In this document: piece after piece, positions 42,637-53,599 of the stretch
Position numbering within the stretch: position 1 is the first letter of the stretch
How the letters are laid out: each line of letters starts with the position of its first letter
From: Octopus bimaculoides
Lineage: Eukaryota
DNA: 64,000 nucleotides
Assembly: GCF_001194135.2 (NCBI RefSeq)
Contig: NC_068990.1
Span: forward strand, 45,292,883 to 45,356,882
Direction of reading: 5' to 3'
Program-made: the position numbers and the translations under genes
The notes under the pieces: model-generated
Seen by the model: only the letters and a program-made list of their open reading frames with translations
What the model was told of the DNA's origin: nothing
The model's database searches: none

Positions 42637-45600
42637 CAGAGAGAGGATACTTCATGCCCAAAATAGACAAAACCTACAAAATGTGGTAGTTTTTCTCAAT
42701 TTTATCTTCTATTATTCTCTTTTTAAGCCAAAGCAAAGAACTTTTCTGAGCCATATAAGCACCGACCAATTTTGGTCAAAGTTTATATAATAATAAACTA
42801 TAATAAACCTGTGAATAGTAGGGAGTTTAAACTTTTTGATTTTGAATACTGGTACCAAAGTAAGTAATGACTAAAGATGTATATTTTTGCCTTGAAAATG
42901 ATGAATAATAGCTGTGATGCTAAATGATTTTAAGGCCATGAAGTAGTCGATTTTTCCAAATTCAGCTTTGGCTATATGTAGTGCCAAGTAGTAGTAATAA
43001 GATGTAAACATGCCTCTTTCAAGACTTGTCGACTTTCACTAAATTCTTGCAATAGAAAGATGTCTATGAGGAATGAAGAGGTAGTGCCATGTTAATGTTT
43101 TAAAGCAGAGAAAGTAGGATTAATGAGCTTCAAAATAAGAAAAGTGTTACCTATTTTCCCTTCTGATGCCATTTCCACAATAAGATCATCATCTCCTGTA
43201 TTTGCATCCAAAATATCATCTAGCACATTCACAACAGTGTCGTTTCCTAGGAAACAAAATATCATCCATACATATCAATAAAGATCAAATATTCTAATAA
43301 ATATTTTTCATACTCCTAAAGCAATATATAAAACTATAGTATAGGAGTGGGAAATTGTTGTTAATTGTTTTTTTAAGTGTAAAAGTAGTATCAGTAAAAT
43401 GTTATTTTACATGGAATAACAAAAAAATCATGCATAAACAAAATAAAAAGATAAAAATAACACTAAAGAAGTTACTAAGTAGTAAAATTTTGAATTCCTT
43501 TTGTTAGTCTGACACTGAAGACATGATGCAACTGTAAGAATATTTCCTTAGTTTAGTTAAAATAGTTGACAGGTGCTTCACATCTGTAATTTATTTTTCT
43601 CCATATTTTGGTATGGTTGACAGAAAATAAAAGCTTTTAATGATTAAGTGGTAGACTTAATTTGTCACATATTTCAACAGCACCACCAAGCCCTTGGATG
43701 CTGCTCTGTTGCAAGCATCCAGGCTAGGTCTCCAATCTGAGGTTAACATCCTCTCACCAGTCTCAGAAACCCTGCAAAGGGTTGTGAATGCTGTCTTTCC
43801 TCTTCTGTCCAAACCATATATCAAAATGACTTAACTACAGTTAAAAGAATCAAGACATTATTACAGGATTATGACGGAACAAATGAACCCAAAGCCCAAG
43901 GCTTTACTGCCACAGTGAAAGAGAATAGTGAACAGACTAAGCTTCAGGTTGATGTTGCAGGGAATAGATAAAGTTCATCAAATTAACATCGGAAGATTAC
44001 TATATACACATTGTATTGATCCTAAAATAAGAGGATTTCAGTCAGTTACAATGAGTATTCCAGTCATTAAATTAACAGGTAGAGCTATGTAAACATGTTT
44101 GATCCCACCATGCAGCACCCTGGGCAAATATCTTTTACTATAACGTTAGATTGATCTAAGCCTTGAGGGAGAAATCAGGTCAATGGAAACTATGTGGAAG
44201 CCCAGTGGATGGACTATACCTATAATTCAAAGAACAAACTTTGTCAAAAACTGTTATGCTGAGTCTACTTAAGAATTATGCTAAGGGTACAATGTGTTTG
44301 CGGAATATTCAGCCACCTACAAGCTAATTCATGACTGAGTTACTGGAACCCAACAGAGTTTTACTTTTTATGAATTACAAAGATATTGTATCATTGCTTA
44401 CATCTGATAAGTAGTAGTAATTTAGAAGCAAATTTGTAAAGATCAGATGAAAAATAAACTACAATGCTAATTAGTTGGAAGAGAGATGTAATCATAGAGG
44501 AGTTACATGTATATTTGTGAGTGTGTGTATAATCAATAATGATAGAAATCAGTAAGGAAGAACAGAAATGAAGAATATTGAATTGGATGATGGGATTGTC
44601 TTGAGAGACACTGAAAAGTAGATGGATATATACGATAAGCAACTTTCATTGTTTTGGACAATATGATAATTGGATTGAGAGTTTATTAAGAGAAAGATTT
44701 AAGATGATGAAAAAGATATAGTGATGAGATCATGACAATGGAAAAAAAAAAACTAATGGACAGAGAAATACAATAGTTTCTTATTAAGGCAAAAGTTAAT
44801 TCTTATTGATAAGTGAATTCTATTGACCTCAGTATATTATTGGTGCACAATAAACTGAAAATGAAGAAAAGACCAAAGGAGAAAAAGAATTCTAGAAGGG
44901 TTTCAACTCAGAAAACAAAGTAAAACTGTATACAGTAGTATGCTGAGTACAGTACTCTATTTCAGATTCTGCCTTTTAACTGAAGACAGAACTTAACTAA
45001 AATTTTGGAAAGTGGAATGCAGTTCATTGAAATTTTTAGCATTAGGATTTCTCTGTTAAATGTAATGCTTATTCATTCCCAGTTTTATCAATGGAAATTC
45101 ATTCCCATTGATAAAACTTTGTTATGCATTACCTTGTAGCATTGAGATTTCAATGATGTGATTATTTTTAGAATAATAGTGAGAGGTTGGCTCTGGCCAG
45201 ATTGAAGATAAAACAGGTAGATTATTTTGGCCAGATACGGATGGTTTAAATGCCAAAGGGTTAATCAACCTCAGTAATTATTTGACTTGTGCTTATTTTT
45301 ATTGAACATGAAAATTGGCTTCAGTGGAAATTTGAAACCAGAACAAAGTAATAGGGAGGTAAATTCTGCAAGGGATATTCGCATTTCTGCTGCTCCATCA
45401 CCCAAATACCAATACCACAGAGATTTCAATTTCAAACAACAAAGAGTGAAATAGTGCATTAACAAACTTTCTCTTTGCTGACACACAATGAAACAGGAGT
45501 AAAATGTTCAATAGAGTTTTCATCACAGTTGTTATTTTCCAGTTCTGTGTGAATGATTTTAGCAGGAGAGTGGCCAACAGGACAAAGAGAATTGACCAGC

Positions 45601-48600
45601 AGAAGAGTGAAAGAGAAAGATAACTAAAGAATAATTTGAATTCAGACAACAAAGAGAGCTGAAACCATTTATTTTTAGTTTGAATTTTTGGAACTACTCA
45701 TCCCATATTCTAGAACTGAGGATAACCAGATAAGATTTTAGTAGACTAAATGGAACTTATTTTGCAGATGATATTGCAAGTAATTTTTCAACTGCTCCTG
45801 CTAATGTTATTGTCATTGTGCTAATGCAAAACTCAGAGCTTTCAAACTGGATGACTACCAGACAATTATGAAATAGTGAAATAAGACATGATATTCAGCT
45901 ATCAAAAATTTTTTTCTATCTCTACCATGGCTAGCTTCAAATTTAGCAAAATAATCTTACAGCAATATTTAAAATGTTCTTTCTAAAAAGTAACAAAAGT
46001 TGTAAAAAAGAAACAATATTGCTTTATAGAATGCAGATTTCAAAGGGCATATCAAACGTGAATAGAACAGAAGTATTCATCTGACTGAACTGATCCTAGT
46101 ACATAACTGATCTTTATTCTATCAATCTGAAATAAATGGAAGTCTAAGTTGATGACAGTTGAATGTGAATACGTTATTGAACAGAATAATTCCAAGTGTC
46201 CAATTATATTATGGTTGTGTATATAATATAAGATGAACACTATCTGAAAATGAAATCAACACTGCTACGATTGTTTTCACTGGATGGAGCTGGTTAGCCA
46301 AACAGGATCTAAATTTTACAAAAAAAATTTCTACCAATCCTTTCTACTTATAGGCACAGGCCTGAAATTTGAGAAGATGAGGCTAGTCAATTACATTGAA
46401 CCCAGTGCTCAATTGTTTCATTGCTGAAAAGATGAAAGGCAAAATCAGCCTAGCAAAATTTCGACATTTGAAATGTTGCCTTTTTTTTGTTTTTTTCTTT
46501 TGTGGTTATTTAATGGTGCTTCTTTCACCAAAGAGCAATGCTTCAGTGCACAACATTTATTACAGAACAAAAGATTGTCATTGTTTTTCTAAAGGCCTAA
46601 CTTCATTTAACAAAACTCATAGTTATATACGTAAAATGAACAGCAAAATGTAATAACATTAAGCATTTACTTTTTAATTGTACTGTCAACCTTAGGCTTA
46701 CATGAGTGTAAAAAGTCAAGAACCTGAACTATATTAGTTGCAGTTTAATACAAGACTAGATTAAAATCAATCCTCAGTAGTTAAAACTGAAAAGATATTG
46801 GACTAAACTAAAACTATCCTTGGTTATGCAGCCAATTTCAACATATAAAGAAAGAAAAAAATACATGCAAGTTAAAAGCTTTAGCGATAAGTGTCATTTA
46901 ACATCACAAAACAGGTAAATCAATATTATTGGTTAAACAAATCAAAAGCTTTATACACAAATTCAGTTTCACTTCCAAAGTGGTACTGGATAGTAGGTTC
47001 TTATTTTACATTTCTCTTAGACAACCAAACAGGATTTCCATGGAAACATGTTTTATAATCTACGTTCAGCAATTTCATAAAATAGAAATAGCAGTTTAGT
47101 AAGCATCAAATGATGTATGGCAGTAAGTAATAAGCATACAATGGCCCATAAGAGAGGTCAATGATCATAACTAAAATTAAAAAATAAAAATCTATTCAAA
47201 ACAGTAAAGGTTCTGCTGCCTTTTCTCACATTAAAATGTTCAATCTGTGGACTCCTGAGTTAAGTGCACGAATAATATATACTTATGTAGATGATCAGAA
47301 GCCTTCTTACAAAATAAGCTTCCCTGGAGTTTAATCAAAACTAGGACAAGGGATCTCACATGGTTAAGACTAAAGTTTGTTTAGTTAGTGAACAAAGCTA
47401 GCATTGCATAATATATGTTGTATAAATGGGTATGGTATTAAGAAAACAATATAAACCAGAAGTGTAATAGCATGTTGAAGTAAGTGAATTCATTGCAATA
47501 AAAATAACACAAGCCAGAAGATTATAGACTGCTACTGTGGTGGAGCCTAGCAAAATTACTTTTTAAAAAAATTAAAATTTCGAGGATTTCTGTTGTAGTT
47601 TACTGAAAGGTTCTTACAGAAGAGAAAAAAGAAAAGCAGTCAAGCTACACTATATATAGTATCCTCCACTCCATTGGCAGATTGCATGTGTAGTAATGCA
47701 ATGACTTCAGAAAGTGAAATGAGGTACAAGGGGTTTAAAGTGTTGAAAAGGCAACCAGTCGTATTTCTTTGCAAGAGAATATTCACGAGATATAAGAACC
47801 CATGACTGAAATTTCTACAGTATCTATAAGGGAACTATCTTCTCATAAAAAGCCAAATCTTTAACAAATCTGAATATTTTCATATAGATATACATACATA
47901 TACATATATCATCATCGTTTAACGTCCGCTTTCCATGCTAGCATGGGTTGGACGATTTGACTGAGGACTGGTGCAACCGGATGGCTACACCAGGCTCCAA
48001 TCTAATTTGGCAGAGTTTCTACAGCTGGATGCCCTTCCTAACGCCAACCACTCAGAGAGTGTAGTGGGTGCATTTACGTGTCACCCGCACGAAAACGGCC
48101 ACACTCGAAATGGTGTCTTTTATGTGCTACCCGCACAAGAGCCAGTCCAGGGGCACTGGCAACGATCTCACTTATATATAAATATATATATATAAACACA
48201 TATATAAATATATATATAAATATATATATACATATAAACATATAAATATATATATACATATAAACATATAAATATATATATATATACATATAAACATATA
48301 AATATATATATACACATATAAACATATAAATATATATATACACATATAAACATATAAATATATATATACATATAAACATATAAATATATATATACATATA
48401 AACATATAAATATATATATAAATATATATATACATATAAACATATAAATATATATATAAATATATATATACATATAAACATATAAATATATATATAAATA
48501 TAAACATATACATATATATATAAATATATATATACATATAAACATATAAATATATATATAANNNNNNNNNNNNNNNNNNNNNNNNNNNNNNNNNNNNNNN

Positions 48601-50088
48601 NNNNNNNNNNNNNNNNNNNNNNNNNNNNNNNNNNNNNNNNNNNNNNNNNNNNNNNNNNNNNTGTGTTTGGTAAGCAAGCTACTTACCACACAGCCACTCC
48701 TACGCCTACTACCAATCTGTCAACTGGCAGGAGCCAGATACCCGTCTCTATGGGGTTCACTAGGTTCTGTACCATCTTTTCCCTGCAAGGCTAAGCATTC
48801 TCTAATCTGCCCTGATGACACCTTCCCATATTTTCTTTGTTCTACCTCAACCAACACATAGCATACTTTTTTTATATCCAACATACATAATCTATTACTT
48901 ACACTACTCATTTCTCTCCAAGCATCAACCAATCTTAATTTGTTTTGGTTTTGCATTTAGAAATGTCTTCCAGTTATTTCCTCCTGAATTCATCTAGTCA
49001 ATTGAAAACCACACTATTTTTTGTTTTCTTACTTTCTCACAGATGAATTCTCAGAAAAATTAGCTGGTGAGCAGCTGTAGCAAATTTCACATATGCAAAC
49101 ATGAGATAAAGAAACTAAAGGACTTTTTACACATTTCACATGTATCCTCTTTTCCACCAGATTTATACAACTACTTTGGTAACCATGTCGGTTAATCTTC
49201 CTTTTTTAAAGTTATCTCAAAACAAAATTGGTCACCCATGTTTTTTTTTTTGTCTCTTCCTATTTCTTGTTTTAAAACAAACTGCTCTTTTGTTTCCAAT
49301 AAGAAAATGGATTTGCTCATTCTGAGCACTTGTCTTAACCACGTGAACCAAAATGATGGAAAGTGGATCTTCAAAATTATTATTCTGGTTATTATTAACT
49401 TTATTTATTTTTATGTTTTAAGAATACAATTTTTCGTATATTTTGTGTGGAGGGAGGAGAGAGAGGAATGAACTCAAGTCTAACAAAAAAATCTATGAAA
49501 ATATACAAACAATAGCCTTCTACTAAAATGTAAAAGTACAAATTCTCGTTAGAAATTTAAACATTTTCAGTTAGCCGTTAATGATTTTCTTTCAAAAAGC
49601 TATTTTTACCTGACATTTAATTATAAAGAAAAAATAGTGAAGAAAAAAAAATCAATTTCAGTGTCTCGAGGCAAACAAGTCGGTTTGTTTTCTATTAATT
49701 GAATGTCATGATCCACTTTAGAGACCTTTTGAGAAAATAGATCTTTCATCGCTTTGAGAACGGCGAGCAGTCTTTGAAACCGAAATCAGACACTGGCATA
49801 TACTATAAATTCAAGAAACAAATAACGTAGAAGACACATGTAGGAAAAGGACAATGACAGAAGCTCTGTGTGTGTGTATGTTGGGATAAAATTACTAGTT
49901 CACTCTGAGGCAATACGCAGGATAAAATTTTTATTCTGCAATATTTATATAATTCTATCTTTTGTTTTAGCGGTAGTTGAAACTATTATACTACACTTGG
50001 TCATGTGTTTTATGTGTGTATATTATACCAGCATGACCGCAGCCACTTGGCTGAAACACATAGATAAATAAATAAAACATATATATAA

Positions 50089-50134
<46 letters not shown>

Positions 50135-51073
50135 TACACACGCATGTGTGTATGTGAATATATACAGCTGTGTAAGTGTTTGTGTGCGTATTTATGTGTC
50201 ATATGTATGTTGCAATACTGATATTAAACAACACATGAGCTATAAATCGTTATTTTGCTTTCTTTTACTAATAAATAGAACAAATTAATGTGGGTGGGCA
50301 TATGTGGGTATACATAAAAGAAATAATAACAAAATTGAAAGATAGGCATGAAATATGTTTAATCCCCAAAATAAATTGCTAAATTATATTTGGAAAACAT
50401 GCTTATCGATCACTTAGAATCACTTTAAAAAAAGCTAGAATTATAAAACAAAACTACATCAACGAGCAAGGCCATTTAAAAGGCAATGAAAATAAACCAC
50501 TAGTGACATTCTCTATCAACACAAAGACCTAATTTTTATCTAACACCACATAAGTTTGGGTTTTCTTTTGTAATTCCCTAATTTCATTTTTTTAATTTTT
50601 ATCGTTAAGTTAAATCTCGTCCATAGTTCAATCAAGTGTGATATTAGAATTTGGAGAAAATTTTTGTGAGATTTAACAAAAAATCCTGGTCAATGTAATA
50701 AGATGGTCGAGAAACGGAAGAGAAGGTGTTAGAAATATAGAAGAACAACATTTAAAAGTGAGGGAAGAGAAAATAAAAAGCTATCAATTATTATAAAGGA
50801 AATAACAACAACAACAAAATTGAAAAGAAAGGACTTGTCGATATGAAGATATTACAAATCTGAAAATACATGTATTAGATGTAAATCAAATATTTACAAA
50901 TATGAAGCTTATTTGCCACAAGGACATCAAGGATGATACAAAGACGAAACAACAAAGGCAAAGAGAGAAACGGAATACTCCATAAATTATAACTATGTGA
51001 AACAATAAACTATGTAGCAATACACATATATAGGAATAAAACATAATTAACACTCACCTCGGACACTGCTCAT
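1429..51073 (-). CDS. YTHDC1: YTH domain-containing protein 1 (nuclear m6A reader), 17 coding exons, about 648 aa
   Basis: Exons join in frame via GT-AG introns (total 1947 nt). The translation shows YTHDC1 hallmarks recalled from the human protein: NVLDDIL, YDTRSE, RGISPI, the YTH domain ([24 protein letters not shown]...[15 protein letters not shown]...[19 protein letters not shown]), [15 protein letters not shown] and VDDFLRRT. Confidence 0.95.
1836..1935. repeat. (TA)n microsatellite with 10-N gap (1883-1892)
   Basis: Directly visible. Confidence 0.95.
2263..2430 (-). CDS. YTHDC1: YTHDC1 coding exon 16 (Pro/Tyr-rich)
   Basis: ORF 2161-2409; acceptor tgttttag, donor gtaagt; 168 nt. Confidence 0.9.
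2565..2639 (-). CDS. YTHDC1: YTHDC1 coding exon 15 ([18 protein letters not shown]...)
   Basis: Resembles SYNDYVREF; acceptor gttttctag, donor gtaagt. Confidence 0.93.
4209..4277 (-). other. Candidate in-frame 69-nt cassette exon ([23 protein letters not shown])
   Basis: GC-rich island in an AT-rich intron; NAGNAG acceptor cccagCAG, donor gtacgt; phase 0-0, no stop. Confidence 0.5.
6609..6654 (-). CDS. YTHDC1: YTHDC1 coding exon 14 ([15 protein letters not shown])
   Basis: Resembles the GVRRDVFLNG motif; donor gtaagt. Confidence 0.93.
6835..6871 (-). CDS. YTHDC1: YTHDC1 coding exon 13 ([11 protein letters not shown])
   Basis: Acceptor ttctttttccag, donor gtaagt; 37 nt, phase 1-2. Confidence 0.88.
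6892..7097 (-). mobile_element. Truncated MITE with TTAACCC-TTAGCA terminus (piggyBac-like ends)
   Basis: Reverse complement of 7815-8045; further copies at about 14550-14757 and 45033-45264. Confidence 0.75.
7815..8045 (+). mobile_element. MITE, same family as 6892-7097, opposite orientation
   Basis: Begins ttaagcctttagc and ends gttaaaggattaa (degenerate inverted termini bounded by TTAA). Confidence 0.75.
8366..8411 (-). other. Candidate 46-nt alternative exon ([16 protein letters not shown]) between exons 12 and 13
   Basis: Acceptor tcttcctctctttttctctgaacag, donor GA|gtaagc; same 1-2 phase as exon 13. Confidence 0.6.
9909..9982 (-). CDS. YTHDC1: YTHDC1 coding exon 12 ([24 protein letters not shown])
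   Basis: Acceptor tgttgcag, donor gtaagt; 74 nt, phase 2-1. Confidence 0.9.
10583..10985 (-). mobile_element. tRNA-derived SINE, family A
   Basis: tRNA-like head plus a body shared with 18026-18350, 48662-48712 and 62270-62420; internal (CA)n. Confidence 0.85.
12420..12840 (-). mobile_element. Two tandem SINE family C copies
   Basis: Repeated aataatcctttctactattggcacaaggcctgaaattttggggg...gaaaggatgaaaggcaaagttgacctc; other copies at about 5310-5480, 11140-11380, 41510-41660, 46330-46470, 52030-52410 and 52850-53060. Confidence 0.85.
12900..14300 (-). mobile_element. Possible degenerate reverse-transcriptase remnant (Penelope-like)
   Basis: Minus strand near 13465-13500 reads [10 protein letters not shown], loosely like DVVSLFTNVPID; weak. 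Confidence 0.3.
16050..16500 (-). mobile_element. Possible highly degenerate mariner-like remnant
   Basis: Weak resemblance to a mariner transposase C-terminus, judged by eye only. Confidence 0.3.
18026..18350 (-). mobile_element. tRNA-derived SINE, family A (well preserved)
   Basis: High similarity to 10583-10985; head ggcgcaggagtggctgtgtggtaagtaacttgcttaccaaccacatggttccgggttcagtcccactg. Confidence 0.88.
19865..20210 (+). mobile_element. tRNA-derived SINE with gtgtccttgagcaagatactt core
   Basis: tRNA-like head followed by a central motif common to several metazoan SINE superfamilies. Confidence 0.6.
20988..21052. repeat. (GA)n microsatellite
   Basis: Directly visible. Confidence 0.95.
25189..25270 (-). 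other. Candidate stop-containing (poison) cassette exon in YTHDC1 intron 11
   Basis: Acceptor tttcccttccctccag, donor GAC|gtaagc; joined to exon 11 it reads AGC CTA TTT ACA TGC TGA. Confidence 0.6.
26104..26345 (-). CDS. YTHDC1: YTHDC1 coding exon 11 (end of YTH domain plus Gly/Ser-rich linker)
   Basis: [22 protein letters not shown]...; AG|gttaga at 26103 is the donor that stays in phase with exon 12. Confidence 0.85.
26745..26829 (-). CDS. YTHDC1: YTHDC1 coding exon 10 (YTH)
   Basis: [28 protein letters not shown]; acceptor ttttttag, donor gtatga. Confidence 0.96.
27607..27724 (-). CDS. YTHDC1: YTHDC1 coding exon 9 (YTH)
   Basis: [38 protein letters not shown]; donor gtgagt. Confidence 0.96.
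28079..28133 (-). CDS. YTHDC1: YTHDC1 coding exon 8 (YTH)
   Basis: [19 protein letters not shown]; 55 nt; acceptor tttatag, donor gtattt. Confidence 0.96.
30238..31550 (-). mobile_element. Non-autonomous Helitron-type element nested in the Gypsy gag region (contains assembly gap)
   Basis: On the minus strand it starts with TC after a host A and ends with hairpin CCCGAGCAGCGCCGGG plus CTAG before a host T; gag-like sequence resumes on both sides. Confidence 0.75.
30560..31283. other. Assembly gap
   Basis: Run of N. Confidence 1.
34268..34416 (-). CDS. YTHDC1: YTHDC1 coding exon 7, start of YTH domain
   Basis: [49 protein letters not shown]; donor gtatgg. Confidence 0.97.
35487..35630 (-). 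CDS. YTHDC1: YTHDC1 coding exon 6 ([11 protein letters not shown])
   Basis: Acceptor cttattttag, donor gtatgt; contains the RGISPI motif; 144 nt. Confidence 0.92.
36325..36545 (+). mobile_element. SINE family C copy in opposite orientation
   Basis: ggtggtgagctggcataattgttagc...gagttcaaattcc... is the reverse complement of the 12420 family; similar copies at about 40140-40320 and 61440-61590. Confidence 0.8.
36699..36737. repeat. (TA)n microsatellite just downstream of the exon 5 donor
   Basis: Directly visible. Confidence 0.95.
36755..36955 (-). CDS. YTHDC1: YTHDC1 coding exon 5 (acidic; QDYDTRSE)
   Basis: ORF 36588-36971; contains the YDTRSE motif; donor gtaagt; 201 nt. Confidence 0.9.
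37065..37232 (-). CDS. YTHDC1: YTHDC1 coding exon 4
   Basis: ORF 37048-37350; acceptor ttccttcag, donor gtagct; 168 nt, phase 1-1. Confidence 0.85.
37697..37882 (-). CDS. YTHDC1: YTHDC1 coding exon 3 (Lys-rich)
   Basis: ORF 37692-37874; acceptor tatttcag, donor gttagt; 186 nt, phase 1-1. Confidence 0.85.
40330..40710 (-). mobile_element. LINE 3' ORF remnant (RTE/CR1-like C-terminus)
   Basis: ORF fragment [28 protein letters not shown]. Confidence 0.7.
42586..42633. repeat. (TA)n microsatellite
   Basis: Directly visible. Confidence 0.95.
43151..43246 (-). CDS. YTHDC1: YTHDC1 coding exon 2 ([32 protein letters not shown])
   Basis: Acceptor ttttgtttcctag, donor gtaaca; contains the N-terminal NVLDDIL motif. 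Confidence 0.9.
47907..48170 (-). mobile_element. SINE family B, 3' part with (ATG)n tail
   Basis: Closely matches 58876-59170; older copies at about 9465-9660, 16995-17430, 17730-17975, 27028-27190 and (inverted) 55320-55475. Confidence 0.85.
48171..48561. repeat. AT-rich minisatellite, unit about ATATACATATAAACATATAAATAT (22-28 bp)
   Basis: Directly visible tandem array running into a gap; source of the spurious YI/MFIC ORFs. Confidence 0.95.
48562..48661. other. Assembly gap (100 N)
   Basis: Run of N. Confidence 1.
51058..51073 (-). CDS. YTHDC1: YTHDC1 coding exon 1 (MSSVR-G)
   Basis: ATGAGCAGTGTCCGAG|gtgagt: strong donor whose phase 1 matches exon 2. Confidence 0.75.
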
Positions 51074-51350
51074 TTCTTCATTTATGTCGTAAAGGAATTG
51101 GGTATGTAATTCTACTGCTAATAATAATAGTTAACCCCGAGTGTCAGAGGTATTTACAGAACAAAAATAAATATAAAAATAGCAAATATGAACTAACTAG
51201 CAGCAGTTCTGGTTCGATGATGATAATTAATTATCTATTTTATACATATATGTAATGTATATAATATATACATACACACACAGACATATATATATATATA
51301 TATAAGTATATATATATGTATGTGTGTGTATAAATCTCTAACACACGCAC

Positions 51351-51407
51351 CTTCTCTCACTCTTTCTTTAAACAACTTCAATCTCCTGCACTCGCTCTCT
51401 CCTCTCA
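51351..51407 (-). other. Candidate non-coding 5' UTR exon of YTHDC1
   Basis: Long pyrimidine tract ending in tatcag, with donor AAG|gtgcgt, about 280 nt upstream of the ATG. Confidence 0.35.
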
Positions 51408-51539
51408 CTGATACAAAAGGAAAGAGACAGTACAATGGCGATAATACAAAATACACATCAGACAGTGGGAGGAAGAAAAAGCAAAGGCGATTAAAGAAGT
51501 AAAAAAAAGGTGTTGAAGATTGAGTGAGAAGGAAATGAG

Positions 51540-51650
51540 GGAAGAGAAAATGTCGCTCAACGACGGATGACTTGTGGCGTCCTCTAGCGACAACGTACTC
51601 GAACTACTACAATTACAGTTCTTGGATCTATTAATTTCATTTTATAATTG
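51540..51650 (-). promoter_or_regulatory. Putative YTHDC1 core promoter / transcription start region
   Basis: Local CpG cluster, TATAAAA at 51646-51640 (minus) and a YY1-like GCGACATTTT near 51548-51557, just upstream of the first exon. Confidence 0.4.
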
Positions 51651-52487
51651 AACAAAGTACCCGTTTGGAGGAAAAACGTAGCTATTTTTTTTTTAATTTT
51701 AGCATTTTTTTAAAGTTTATATTTTTAAATTAATTCTCCTTGCGGTTAGAGATGCTTAAATGCTCCCAATTTTCTTCCGAATTTGGAGCATTTAATACCT
51801 GCTTATTTTCCATCAGTATGGAAGTAATGAAGTTAGGATCATTAATTGATTTTTTATTATTATTATATTTAATGTTCATTGTAAAAGTGTTTCTATTAAC
51901 CATTGATGAAAGACTTAGCTCCCTTAGATTTACATTTATGGTTTACACAAAAATAAAATATCGTTTCGTAAAAATATTATTCCTAGTTTTCTATTTATTG
52001 TGTACATTAAGGCTTTCTTTAAGACAAAGAATAATAATCCTTTCTACTATTGGCCCAATGCCTTAACTCTGGGGGGAAGGGGCCAGTGGATTACATCGAA
52101 AGGCAATGACGACGTCAGAACGTAATGAATCGTAAGAAATACCGCACATCATCTTTCTGACGCTCTAATAATTTTGCCAGCTACAACAAATAATGATTCT
52201 TTCTAACTTTGGCACAATGCCAGCAATTTTAAGGGTGGGGACAAGCCAATTACATCGATCCCAGTACTTGACTAGTACTTTGTTTTATCGTCCCCGAAAG
52301 GATGAAAGGCAAAGGTGACTTCGACAGGACTTGAACTGAAAACGTAAAGAATTAAAAGAAATGCTGCTAAGCATTTTGTTCGATGCACTACCGATTCTGC
52401 CAGCTTACCAATGATTTGTTTATTAACCACGAGGGTTTACATTAGGAAAAACATAATGGACAGTACAGGACAAAACAAAGAATAATA

Positions 52488-52852
52488 ATAATAGCAAGAG
52501 CATAAACCTCCGCCAAAGGCAACACCAACATCCTCTCAACGATTAGCCATAGAAGATTTTTAAAATGAGAATTTCTGAAATAAACTCGACTGCCCTCACA
52601 AACGAGAATGCTAAAAATTAACCCGACTGCTCTCAAAAATTAAGTAAAAAAAAAACAGGAAAAATAACCAAGAATCCTTGTCCGGTACCGGATCGATCCC
52701 AAAGTCTAGTCAGTTTGTGCCAGTCACGAGGTCAAACATCCCTGAAAGTTTCATCCAAATCCATTCAGCAGTTCTTGAGATATCTTGTCCACAGACAAAC
52801 AAATAAATATAACTGAAAACAATACCTCCACCTTCGCCAATGCAGAGGTTTC
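52488..52852. mobile_element. Short non-autonomous element resembling Helentron-associated (DINE-1/HINE-like) repeats
   Basis: Terminal hairpin acctc...gaggt, related acctccgcc motif at the other end, and agacaaac simple-repeat segment. Confidence 0.5.
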
Positions 52853-53099
52853 AAATTTTGCCACAAGGGCAGCAATTTTGCGGGAGAGAGTGAGTTGATT
52901 ACATTGACCCCATTGTTCAACTGGTACTTAATTTACCAACCCGAAAAGGATGAAAGGTAAAGTTGACCTCAACAGAATTTGAACTCAAAATGTAAAGACG
53001 GATGAAATGCTGCTCAGTATTTTGCCCTTTGTGCTAACAATTCTACCATCTTGCCACCTTAATAAAAATAATGATGATGATGGTGGTGGTGATGATGAT

Positions 53100-53550
53100 G
53101 ATGATGACAAAAGCCCTGATGCAGTACCAGGCACTGGCACTCATGACTTCTGATCTTAACTGATTGGAAGTGTTATCATGTACATTGTTTTTGTTTTGGT
53201 ATATAAGATGGGCTACAACAAATATTCTGCTCAGTACCACAGATTTGCTTGTCAGTTGTTTGACCTTAACCAGTTGAGCATGTCCCTTAGTGGCTGACGA
53301 TATGTGCAACTCTGATCACGAGCGGAAGTAGTTGCGGAGCATCATAGCCATGTGTTGAGAGGAATTCTTTGAGGGTTTGGATAATTCACCTTTGGAAACA
53401 TGGGTGTTTTGTTCAACATCCTTATACCTTATTCAGAGACCTTTTGAGTGGGATGGGCTACTCAACCTGAAGAAAATTCTAACTGGGCCCCCACCTGCAA
53501 GGTCATGTGCTGTTTATCTTGATATGAGATCACCGTGTCATGCACTGCTC
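53100..53550. mobile_element. Interspersed repeat next to a (GAT)n tract, probably a retroposon 3' end
   Basis: Complex, moderately GC-rich block bounded by (GAT)n and (AAT)n; family not identified. Confidence 0.45.
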
Positions 53551-53599
53551 TCTTACTCACTCAATAATAATAATGATAATGATGATTTATTTACCATCA

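Noticed and set aside
48074-48689. Long ORFs of 121-173 aa (YIYMFIC...)
   Set aside because: They are translations of the minisatellite and N gap.
49660-49796. Small CAGTGTCT...AGACACTG inverted-terminus element
   Set aside because: There is only an 8-bp inverted match and no target-site duplication, which is insufficient support.
1-51073. Intronic snoRNAs, tRNA genes or CRISPR-like arrays
   Set aside because: I found no properly spaced C/D box pair with terminal stems by eye. The tRNA-like segments are SINE heads, and there is no repeat-spacer array. A covariance-model scan could still find small RNAs.
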